From Acanthaster planci (lineage: Eukaryota), in assembly GCF_001949145.1 (NCBI RefSeq), contig NW_019091361.1, forward strand, positions 3,954,148 through 4,018,147: a stretch of 64,000 nucleotides of DNA, given 5' to 3'. A model generated the notes under the pieces. It searched no databases, was not told the DNA's origin, and saw only the letters and a program-made list of their open reading frames with translations. Shown here piece after piece: positions 13,690-25,600 of the stretch; position 1 is the first letter of the stretch, and each line of letters opens with the position of its first letter. Position numbers and translations under genes: made by a program.

Positions 13690-16658
13690 AGGTCAACAAT
13701 TCTGATAGGATTAAGTTACACACTAATCTAAAAATAGATCCAGATCATTAAATGAATTGTACAAATTAAGTTACGTACATTTACATTACTGGCGTTTTTT
13801 CCTCGTTTCATTGTGGATATGTAAAAAAAAAAGATCAGTGGATTTGACATTTCTCGTAGCTCGCCTCTTCGACCGCGAAATCGTTCATTTAAAAATGTAC
13901 AACAAAGATTTCCCATTCGGTTTTATGTACACGTATACATGTCATGTTATTTTAACCCTTTGTATTAACACTGACTTTACAACCGTTACACATTAACCGA
14001 GAGTGAACAGAACATTTTACAAGAAAATAGCAAGAATATCATGGAAGAGAGAATAAAGGCTCGACGAAAGGCAGTGCCACAACTTGTCTCCAAGAGGAAA
14101 AGATACCGTTTGTTGAAGCATCTTGCTTACGGGCACATAACACAGAAAATATCAGTTTTGTGACCAAAATGTTCATGCCACGGGGTTCTTCAAACGGGGA
14201 GAAGAGTCCGCGGAGAGTTTCGTTTTAAAGATGCAAAGACTAAACGGAAACGAATGATTTTTCACATAAGGGCGCTTGCTGCAAACTTCTGTATCCGATG
14301 CAAAACTCCACTATATATCATGTACAAGGTATACAATAATATTGTGGGCCAAAACCACCAAAATTGGAGTCGGCTTGAGAAAAAGCACAGCGATTTACTG
14401 ACGGAAAAAAGTTGATTTCCGGAGCATACAGAAAGAATCGATTTAGAAAGCTTGCCCTGAAAATCTACTTTACGAATTAATTTCCAGGGGTCACTGATCG
14501 GGTAAAATTGCTTCAAAGGCGGCATGTTCGACACGAAAGCGACCTCTGCCGGTGACATTTCGCTTTCCTTCCCATTTTCAGCTAGAAAAAATTGTGACTT
14601 CTCACACTGTTTCGCAGAATGAAATCAATCTAGAAGTAATTGAGTGACTTTCAATTTACAAATTTCTGAGAGGACAAAAGATTCAAGTAAACATTTCTAA
14701 TAACGAAATATATTTTTGCCAAGCTGGTAAACTGTGACCCTAAACCTTTGAAAGCATGGTGAGCTGGTCAGATATTTCCATGAGTATTAAAAATGAATGG
14801 CAGTTTTCACCTAATCCAAGTCCGTTCCCAGAGCAATCGCTAGTTCCCTTGCAGGCCGTATCATGCGCTGTGATCTTTACAGGCTGGCAGCCGGCGAGTG
14901 TCAAAACCAATGTCATTGCACAATACAATCCTGCCTGAATGGACACTGGTCACCCCATTACTGATGCAATCTCAGCTCTGTCTTCCATTGCCTGTTGCTT
15001 GCATGTCTTGCTACTCTCAAAATTGCAGCTTTGTTGATAATAATTTATTATCAATGGCCTCCACAATTTTCTGTGGCAAAACAAGACTAGTGAGAACCTT
15101 GGTCAAGTTCTAAGACATCAACGGGAGTGGTCAAACCACCTTGCCCTCACGTGAAGTCAGTAAACCATAGTTAATGCTTGAAACTGCTCCACAGCGAATC
15201 CAAAATAGGTAAAGGCAACTTTACCAATCATCAACAAGATGTCATGTGTCGCCCATTTCACCATTAAAAAACCTTCCCAATAACAGTGCTACTGTCTCTG
15301 TTTCAGCACCAGATGTTAAGAGGAAACTTCATGGTTGCATCTTCACACTAGACCAGAAGTTTTTTTTTGGGGGGGGACCTAAATCTCAAACATCTGACCC
15401 TGAAGGTCTGAGGTCAGTCCCCACACTGATAAGCTCATAACCTTGATCCTTGGTGCCTATTTACACCCAAACTCACTCCATTTAGTCCTAGTTGTGATGA
15501 AGTGCTTTTCCTCACTGGTGTATCCAGCGGGGGGCACATGTTGTAAGGAGGAATTTTTTCAAAACTCTCGGCTAATCATTAGATTACAAATCATTCCCCC
15601 TTTTTCCGCCCCATTTTTACTCATGCTGAAGTACTCATACTCACAGCAATGTACTCAACTACAACACTGCTTCATGACCCATCAAGACATGAGCTCCTCC
15701 AATTCCTTGGCATGTTCCATCTAGAGTCTACTAAGAGATTGTTTTCCTGAAAGCGAGACTGAGAATCCGGTGTGAAAGTTTAAGAACTACGACTGGATGA
15801 ACGATAGAAACGTAGCGATTTGAGAAGGAGAGCAGGATTTTCATCCTGACTGCAAATGCAATGTTCCTTTTTCTCCCTTTGATTTCTTCAGACGATAGCG
15901 AGTCGAGTTGTCGAAGGGCAACAGAGTATAGGGGAAAAATACCTCGCGGGAAATACCGAGAAATAGCCAAATCCTGGCTTTGCTCAGAAAGCAGCTTGCG
16001 ATGTTGTGCGAGCATCAGTCTTCCTCAGGCTGCTGGTGACCCATTGGCCTGGTCATGTGACTGCCTGTCATGTGACCGGCCCTCATCAGTCCCAGTTCCA
16101 GACGTTAATTTAGGACGGCAAGTTGCTGCCCGAGCAGGCCCGGAGTTTAGATTCGGTTTGACATTTCATGGAATACACCTGGATGACGGAGAACAGACTG
16201 ACTCCGTCCCACCTTCAGATACACAACAGCCCAGTTACAGTAACATCAACAACACTTAATACAATTTCTCTTGTGACAATGCTGTGTTTTCTCAAGGGAA
16301 AAAAAAAAAAAGAAAACGGGACCAAAAAAAACTGTTGCTAACATTCCAAGAAAGGTCATGCTTTGAAAATTTTGTCGCACATTATTCAATCTCTGCAGGG
16401 GAAAACAAAAATTCCTTCCGTATCGAGCTATCCAGAGAAACAAAGTCAACTTCTTTGTATCCAATCTCTGCAGTGTTCTTTAGCTCGTGCTACCGACACA
16501 CCTCCACATTTTGTAAGTCGTTTTTTCCCCCCTCCTCGTCTCAAGGAAGTTTCGTTTTCTTTTCGTGGGTTCTATTGTTTGGCTTCCGCAAGAGTTGAAC
16601 TTGCGTGGGTGTCGACAATAAGTTCAAGTTTGATGAGGGCATCGTGTGATCCAGCCAG

Positions 16659-16690
16659 CTAACCGTCCTCCTTCGGTGGGGTGAACCATC
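16659..16690 (-). CDS. UBE2Q: UBE2Q last coding exon
   Basis: tcaccag|GA TGG TTC ACC CCA CCG AAG GAG GAC GGT TAG = (G)WFTPPKEDG*. Confidence 0.95.
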
Positions 16691-19600
16691 CTGGTGACCA
16701 AAAGTGAAACAAAAAGATGACAGAAGATTGTCAAACCATAAACCATCGTGCAATTACCAACTGTAGACTGGTGTCATGCAGATCCTCAGCTTTTTTTTGG
16801 CGTTCGAGAGATGCATAGCCCTCAATAGGGCAGAGAACATATCGTTCAACTCAGTTGTATCACACAGTGATGTATCTTCTAAGGTTGTTACATCAAAAAC
16901 TGACATATGATTTAGATTGCAGAGAGTATAAGCACAATTTGTCAATTCCCGAGCGTCACATTTGAGGTGCATGTCCTGTCGCAGCAGTCAACAACTTGGG
17001 TCAAGGTTGACCAGGGAACACTGGTTAATTTTTTTTTCTATGCACAAAACACATCCTGGGTACCAGGTAAAATCAACCAATAGTTGATTAATGGTCGCTG
17101 ATCCGACTTGGCCTGTTCTGCACTACTGTGCCACTGCACACTTCACCCAAGTCCCAAAAGTTGAAGTGCGACAATTAAACTATGAGAAATAAATATGAGC
17201 TTCCGCACTGTATGGTTTGGATGACGTCTGAACTTATAACGTCTGTGACTGGATAGTCACAAGGTCCCTTATTTCGCCACCTGCTGTCAAGTCTAATTGG
17301 TTTTCACAGTAAGTGGCGAAAATGAGGGACCTGGCAACTATACATTCGTGGACGTTAGATGATATGCAGACTAAAAATGGTTTTGACCCCAGGACGCAGT
17401 TACAACATTCCCAACAATGGAAACTGTCCCCTTAATGCAGGGGACTGGTACCAAAATACAGACGTTGTGGGAAACAACGCTAACGGAACAAAGTTCTTGT
17501 CCTAACTACTCTGTCCCCCCAAAAAACAAACAAACCGCCCCACTCGAGTTAGAGCAAAAAAGACCAGGGATGGGTGTTTAGATGTTCATTGCTTTTCACA
17601 ATGCTGATAAGTTTTCAAACTTTAATCTCCACATGACCGTTTGACCGGTTCTCAAATGACCTGACTTCATTCATTTATTAGTACGGACTGGGCATGCTCT
17701 CTCTACCCGTGATGAAATCAACGGTAGATGTGCAACAAGAAAATGAATGCACCATTCATGTCAAGTCATCTATGAGAGATACACAGAAGAAGATACATGT
17801 AGCTAGTTGGGCTTTGAGGGTGGAACACTCTTCAACTCACCGTTCTTTTCGTGAATCTGCACCAAGGACTTGAACGACTGCTGCGCTCTGGCCAGGCTGT
17901 ATTGGCGCTGCTGGGAGAAAAGGACGAACACAAACGTCTCTGTAAGTATGCGACACTCTCACAACGCTAAACCACATCACAGCCTGACGGCATCTCGGCA
18001 GCATACCAATAGCTTCACCCTCACCCTGGCCTGGTTTAACAACACCAGCTCCTGCTCTGGGTTCGCCTGGTTTCTATAAATTCGGACTTTGAAGTTGTCA
18101 ACTCAACAATTACACAAAACTTTGCTGCCAGAACATCCAACTGCATGTGGTCAATCCACAGTCTGAATTATTGTCATTTTATTTGAACAAGGCTAACAAG
18201 CATTTTGATGGCAAGAATAAAACCTGGCAAGGAATCCCCCTCCCATCCACACAATCAATCACACTGTGCCCACTGTGAAGCTATTTCTGAAGGAGATACT
18301 TTGTAACCATGGATTCAGTTTTAGCTATCCACATGCCACGGTAAATAGCCATGGACGTACACAGCAATGCCCATTTTTGCACATGGCCTAATCTACAAGC
18401 CTTCAAACCAGCACTTGTTTTCAGGTGTCTAGGTACAAGACTTATCCGTGTTGTAAGCATGCTGTCTGGAGGTAGCAAAATTATCAAAGGCCGTGTCTAA
18501 ATTCACTTGGCTGTGGCTGGAATCAGCACAGGCACCTGTGGAAGCCATCAACTAATGGATTCATCCATTTCCCATAGACATACATGTTGATCCCAGCCAC
18601 AGCCCAAGTAACGAGGACATGGCTGCACCTTTACACCGTCTGGCTAACTACCATGCCTGTTTCATGGACTTAGTAAGCGAGGACATATTGTAAGGTGGAT
18701 GCATGTTGTAAGTGAAGAGTAAGCAAACCAGTCAAAAGCAACTACAAATTGCATGGTGCATGTATTTTGGCTGGTAGCCCGTTTTCACACTGCTTTGCTC
18801 TGTAGCTCCACCAACGAGGCCCCCGCTGCGTGACCCCCCTCTAACCTTGGAAGCGCCGAACTGGATGCGGGCCTTGCCCTTGACCAGTGTGGCCGCGATC
18901 TGCAAGATGACCGCCTCCACCGTGTAGGCGCTGCTCCAGCCCTGCTTGGTCAGCAGCTCCATGCAGATGGCCCCGCCCCCTAGCACGTAGCCGCCAGTCA
19001 GCACGGGGAAGATGACTCGGACAAACGGCGGGTCAAAAGGGAAGTTTTCCTGGTGGGCGGACGGAAAACGGAGTGAAGTAACGACTCTTAACCCTAACGG
19101 TCCTGAATCCTCCAATTCTTAATACAATTTTGCGTACATCGTAGTATGTCTAATTTCTTGCCGGACAACCTTGAACCGTGGTACACATCTGATAGCAAGG
19201 GGATACTAAAGAGGTGCTGTGATAAAAAGGTTATTTGGATATGGACATTACGTCTGTTAGGCACCATTTCAAACTTCTTATCGGGTAGGTTGTCGGACAG
19301 AATGGTCCGACCGATACATTTATTATCGGTTGGCTGTCAGGTTAAGTGTTCTCAAGTGGCCAATTCTAACTGATACAATGCCTTTTTATTGCATTACTCC
19401 CAAGGCTATGTGGTTTCAGTGGAGCAACACCCCCTCCGTTATTCACTCAACACAAGTCAACATTATCGGTTGGATAGCCCTGTCCTATAGTCAACAGATA
19501 GGAATTTTGAAATGATGCCTTGATTAGGAGAGATTTCTCACAAAAATGCTGAAACTGAAGTGAATTGTTCAAGTGCAATAACCCCAACCAATATTGTAGT

Positions 19601-22600
19601 CAAATCTATCCCAAGTCCATCACAAGTCATCCAGTGTTAAGCCAAGTCCTGAGCTATTCAAATGAACTCGGACGAAAGCATTCCCTTGTCACTGGCCTCT
19701 TTGTTTCTAGTGACCTGGAAGGTCATTGTGATGGATTCCGTTTGACTCCAACCACCATTTTCACAGAATCCACTAATACATTTGACTAAGAGGAAAATTC
19801 TGCTGGACCTGCAACTTTAGGCACTAAAAATTGCCTCGTATCTGCAAATTTCAGGTCGCCTTGGTCGACACATCATTTGTTCGAGTTTCTGCATTTTAAA
19901 TTTCGGACATCCAGCAGAAGAGCCAGCGTTTGCCTTGACGTTGCCACAGCTAAAAAGACATTGACAATAACAGTGGCAAGTGTGACAACGACGATAACAG
20001 ACCACGTTTAGCTGGGACGTGAAAAAACACAGAGGTTTTAAAAAAGAAAGCTCACCTTGAATGTCATGTTTAGCAAGATGTGATCTTTGCCTTCTTTCTC
20101 CTTGAGTTGTTTCAAGTCTGCATAGAGCGGACTGTCATTATCAACTCTGCAATTACAAAAACAGGTTGTTCTTCAAATTCCCTGGACCTTTTTGATGGCC
20201 AACCAAACAATGTCCTTCTGTTGGAGAGCACTGTGGGATACAAAGCCCTATCGTCAAGGGCACTAAAACATTTCCTGGGATGGAGGGTGAATCAGATGAC
20301 AGCACTGGCAATCAACCTTATTCACAGGGGAAACCACTTTCCATCATCTGCCCTGAATCTATCATATATAATGCAAGCTGTTAAATGCGGTGGTGCCAGG
20401 CTATTTGGGTTCCAAACATCACTTTCATTTTTTTTTTTTGCTGCTTAAAGGTGGTGTACACCATTGGTTTTTTGTCGTAATTTCACAAGATTGGCTGATT
20501 ATGGTGTATAATATTCACTGCAACCTACATTCCACTCACTTGTTTCACGATTGAGTCAACTGCTTTGTGAAAAATCGAGAAAAACAGCGCAGCATTTTCA
20601 ACGCTTAAATTGAAGGTCTTGTAGTTTATCTTGCGTAAAATCTATGGATTATAGGGCGTTCATAGTACAAGCGAACATCGTCCGCGGGGTCAGGGTGGGA
20701 AAGAAGCATTACAGGTTCTCATTCCCTTAAAAAAGGAGCAGTTTTCAACGGCTAGGAGTAATCAGCAAAGTTACCGTGGAGTAATGAGCCTTCTCGACTA
20801 TGTCGACAATGTAGCGTTGCAGATTCATGGAAAAACTTCACCCAGGAAAATAGCCGGTCGAGTAGCGTTTGCCTTGGGTTGGTAACAAGTCCTTTTTTTG
20901 CAAGTCCAAGTCAAGTACAAGTCAAAGCTGGTATTTACAAGTCATGGTACAAGTCACAAAAATAGCGACTCGAGTCCAACTCGAGTCCAAGTCACTTGAC
21001 TAGAGTCACCAACTCTGCTTCGCTATCGCCATTTGGAACGGCAGTGGCACGGCGCCATTCTAAACGCATTGCTATGCTGCCATGCCAAATAGAACAGTTG
21101 CAAGTCAAGCTGACACCAGTGAGATCAGTGGGCTGTCCTTCTCCCGAGGTGTTATACGCTAACATCCATGGTCAAACGTGAGGAAGGAACCACAACTCAT
21201 TACACAACAAAACTGTTGCACAGGACTTTCGCCGGCGCAAACGTTTGACATTTCCGGCAACCAGCCATGCAACAGCCACGCTCTCGTTGCACTCATTGTA
21301 AGTGAAGATTGGCACGGAAGCAGCAGAGTTAATTTTTTACTGACCGAGCCAACTTACGATAATATTTTGATGTGCCAGTCGTACAAACTGTCGTTGACCA
21401 ACTCAACGCAGTACATCTTCTTCTTGAAAGCCTCTGACCGGTAGACGTCTCGGAGCTCCTTCATCAGCCTGTCTGTGGCCTGCACAGACCCTGACACTGA
21501 GCCCTGAGGGGTGGGGGTGGGGTTAAAATAAACAAGACAAAGATCAGTCTCGACCCAACCCTCCAAAAATGCAACAAAGTTTGCTAGAGCCTGAGAGTCG
21601 TTGGATTGAGTGGTTGACACCTGTTGCAGTGTAAATGGCTCTTGGCTGAGGCTGACGTTTCAACGAAGGCATATGCTGAGTTAAGCAGGGTTTTCTTTCT
21701 GGTTGCCTTGAAGTGTGTTGTATTAAGCAAGGTGCCTAGAGAACCTGACAGGGGTAAGGTTAACCATTCCGAGGAGAAACAAGAGACGGCGTATTTGACG
21801 TAAAAATGTTGAAAAGTCTCTGGATATGTAGGGCAATAAGGCTATGTCACAGCTTAATTGTTTGAGCCACAAAGGCAGAATGGCAGAGGTTTGGTTTTGT
21901 TACAGAAATCAACTGTTTTGATGTTCTTTTTCCCCTAAAAAAAGCATCGAACCAGTATGGATCATGGATCCCCCAGTTGCGTAGGATTCATTCCATGCCT
22001 GATGTGATGTAGTGCCTACTTCTTACCTTTAAGTAGTCTCTTCTCTGGTTGGATTTTAATCTCTCCAGTACTGCATAGTTCTCTGCGTCTATGTCCTTGT
22101 CGTCCTTCTCTGTGACTGATTTGCTGTTGGGTCAAGTTGGAGATGAATGGAGATCAGAATACACTCAGGGAATGGAACGGGCAAGAGTGACTGTGTGCGG
22201 GTTCTGAACAGAATCGATTTCAAACTTAGCATCGGCTGCCATTTCTGCTTCCTTTCAGAGATCGACTCCCCCGCCTAAGCAGAAACTGTTTTCCTGTTTA
22301 CCCAGCTTTTCCCTAAAGATGTCGCTCTTCCTTGCCTTGAGTCAGTGCCGTACTTCACACAAAAGGCAAGGTCGTTTGTGGAACGAAGCATGTGAGTGTG
22401 GACATGCTCTTCTCAGCTACATGGGGGTCGGCATACCTCGCGTGACTGAAGCACTTCATTTTGGGTGTGTGCTGTTGGAAAACCCAACTAGCTTATTGTA
22501 ATGAACTGCAAGGCAAATACAACTGTGTTACTGACTTAATGCACACGGTCCTGCAGTCGCATCCACTGGTTATCCAAGTCCCACGTGAAGTCACAAGCTA

Positions 22601-25600
22601 TAGAAATGAAATGTGACAACGTTCAGCAACGGCAAAAAATAGCCAAGTACCAGTCATACGCCATGTGCCACCATGACCTTTTGGCCGGTAAATTACTTTT
22701 TTTGGTCACCAAACCTTTTCCTTGCTGAGGTAAATTTCCAAGCTTAGAAGCCTCTATACCACAATGGCAGGCAGTCCACCCCACTCGCATATAAGCGAGT
22801 TGGTGCTACAGCGCCCTCTATAGTGCATGCACCAAGCCCATACCTTGGCTCTTCCTCCATCTCGTAGTGATCCATACAGTCGTCCATGTCCTGGTTCTCC
22901 TCTTCCTCCTCTTCTTCCTCCTCCTCTTCGTCCTCGTCGTCGTCTTCTTCGTGTGCAAAATCGTCAGCACCGTCATCTTCGTCAGCACTGGCCATTTCGT
23001 CGTCGCTTTTCTGCATTTGTTTTTTTAAATGACATGAGGAGCACACGGAAGTTGAGCGTCTGGCGAAGATTCAAGAGGTTTACAGCGAGAGGAGCGTGCC
23101 CGCCCAAGCATCTTTAACCCTCATAGTCCCTAATCCTTCACCTGTTGGAAGTTTGAAGACTCTGAGGGTTGCATTTTGATAATTTATAACTGAAAAAAGA
23201 ATGTGGCACTTACCGTTCAATAGTAAGGGTGTCCTCCCTGATTCTTTTTTTAGCAACTGATCTCCGACTTTTTTGCTTCGATACGAGTTCAAGTTAGATT
23301 AGCCTTAACAACTATTTCCATTATTAATACTACTTGTAGCTATCCCTGTTCTCTCTGCCTCCGCTTCCAAAAGGATAAACAATGAACCCACTGCCAAACT
23401 TGAGAGGAATCTGCCAATGTTAAGGCTGATCAGTACTTTTGCAAATCTGACAACAAAGAAAATTCATTAAGCTAACATCAAGTGCCTCAATGAAACCCAA
23501 ATGGCTGAAGTCTTGATAGTCGCAACAGTTTTGCTTCCAGTTGAAATGTGAACCAAAAAGTGGATTCGATCTCTGTTTAACCTAACAAATCTCACCTAAC
23601 TACTGTAATTTATGTGCTGAGCAAAAATTTGAAGAAAACTAGTCACAAGACACAGGTTTACCATGATGTTTCAGCTTGTAACCCGTTATTGCTAGGTTGA
23701 TATTTACTTTGCCAAGCAACGAAAGTATTTGCTTAGCCCCTCAACCTTCCTATTTTGCTTTACCTCTGAGGGTAGCTCTTGATCTAAGATGGACATTGTA
23801 GAAGGCTCTTGGACGTTATGTAGCTTGCACAGGTCTCGAACCAGCCGCCTGATCATTTTTAGGAGCTGCAACAAAACCAAACAAAGCAAGTGTGGTGTCC
23901 TTCAACAAAGGTACCAATACCAACTGATCTCTGTCGACTTTTGAGTGAGCCCATAGGCTTCAACTTTTGGGTTACATTGACTTTTCACTGCCTTTTTCTG
24001 ACTGACAGATGGGGGAGTTTAACTTGTGTTTTATACGAGAAACCCCTGATACAATGAAAAAGCTTTTACACAGAGGAAAAACCACACGTAAGCATTTCAA
24101 CTCAAAGTGCCACGAAATGGAACATCTTCATTTTTCTTTTAAAACTGACCATTCCAAATATTCCAATTTAAACTCCACATTTTGAATGACTGCTAATAGG
24201 ATTCAGTACTACAGTTAATACAGTGCACCATTTGTGGCACAATGTCCACAGGTAAAAAGAATACGACGAGAGGTCCATTGCATTGTTGACATGGTAAGAC
24301 TCAACAAAGGTCTCAGATAAATTTGTAAGGTTACTGCAGATCTCCCAATACTTTAAAAAGTGTGGATACTGGTCACTGGCAGCAGAAGGGGGGGGACAGT
24401 GGTCCCCTCACTTTTTTGACGGGGGGAGGACATTCCCCCCACCCCACACTTTTTGCAGGGCCCATAATGGAGTGGGGCTTCATGGGTAAGCCTATTAACC
24501 ACTTCCTGCCAGGGACTCCGGGATCGGAGACGTATGGTTTATATGGGTGGCCGGGGTCTCCGAACTCGGACAAAGGAAACAGGGCCCTATAACAAAAGAT
24601 CGTACTCCAAACAACAGACCAGGCTGCTGGGCATTACCGACATTTTTCACTCTCAAAAGTGGTGATAATCTAGCCTTGTTTTTGAAACCGTATACCAGGA
24701 TTTCGGGCATTGAGAGGGAGCGGATTACCACCGAGGACAAAACTGCTCCAAAACAGCCCTGCTGCACGCTAATCTGGCCCCTTTTGAAAAGAGGTCAGCA
24801 GTGCACTAAGCCAGGTTCATGAACAAAAAGACAGTTATACAACACCGCACAATCTGGGCTCTGTTTACAAAGCTGCTGGCCTGGCTGAAATACTCGGGCA
24901 TCAATGAAGGTCACCTGTCAACTTAGAGTAGTGCCTAAAGATTACTTGGTGTGGCTATAAACGACCGTTAAATGAAATGATGAATTTTTGAAGGATTTCG
25001 AAAACGGGAAAAATGATAGTCATGCCGGCCCAGCATCATCAACATTGAAAAATGCCCCGGCATGAAGTGGCTAATGGCTGGTGCCTGATGGTCTCACAAC
25101 TTGCCCCTCACTATGAAAATTTTTCAAATCCATCTCATAAAGGTAAGTCCAGTCACAAGTCCTTTCATGAAGCCGGTCATGAGTGACAGGCTAAACAGTG
25201 ACAAAGAAATGCTTTGGTCATAGTTCATTTGAATAGCTTGTGACTCGGCTTGGGACTCACTGACTGACTTGCAATTAATCTGTGACTGTAACCTCCTCTG
25301 AAAATAACCAATATCCCAAACTGGTAGAAACTCTGTAGCTTGCCTTCTCTGATTGGTGTTTTGGAAGCTTGGTATTAGCTGCCGATTGAGAGCGTCAGCT
25401 ACATTATTGAGACACCACCATTACAGACAAAATTGAAATATAGATGAGAACTTACAAGCTGTCCCGAAGCACTTATTTCAGACAAACGTTGAAGAACAGT
25501 TGACAAGACAGGGTCGTCAGAATCGGAAAACCATACTGGTCGAGTCTGTGGGTATGAGTCCTGTACACATTAAAAAAAAAAAGGTGACTGTAACCATCTG

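Noticed and set aside
14740..16260. Separate gene or retroelement ORF between SLC24 and UBE2Q
   Set aside because: Short overlapping ORFs with no recognisable domain or splice chain; the position fits the UBE2Q 3' UTR.
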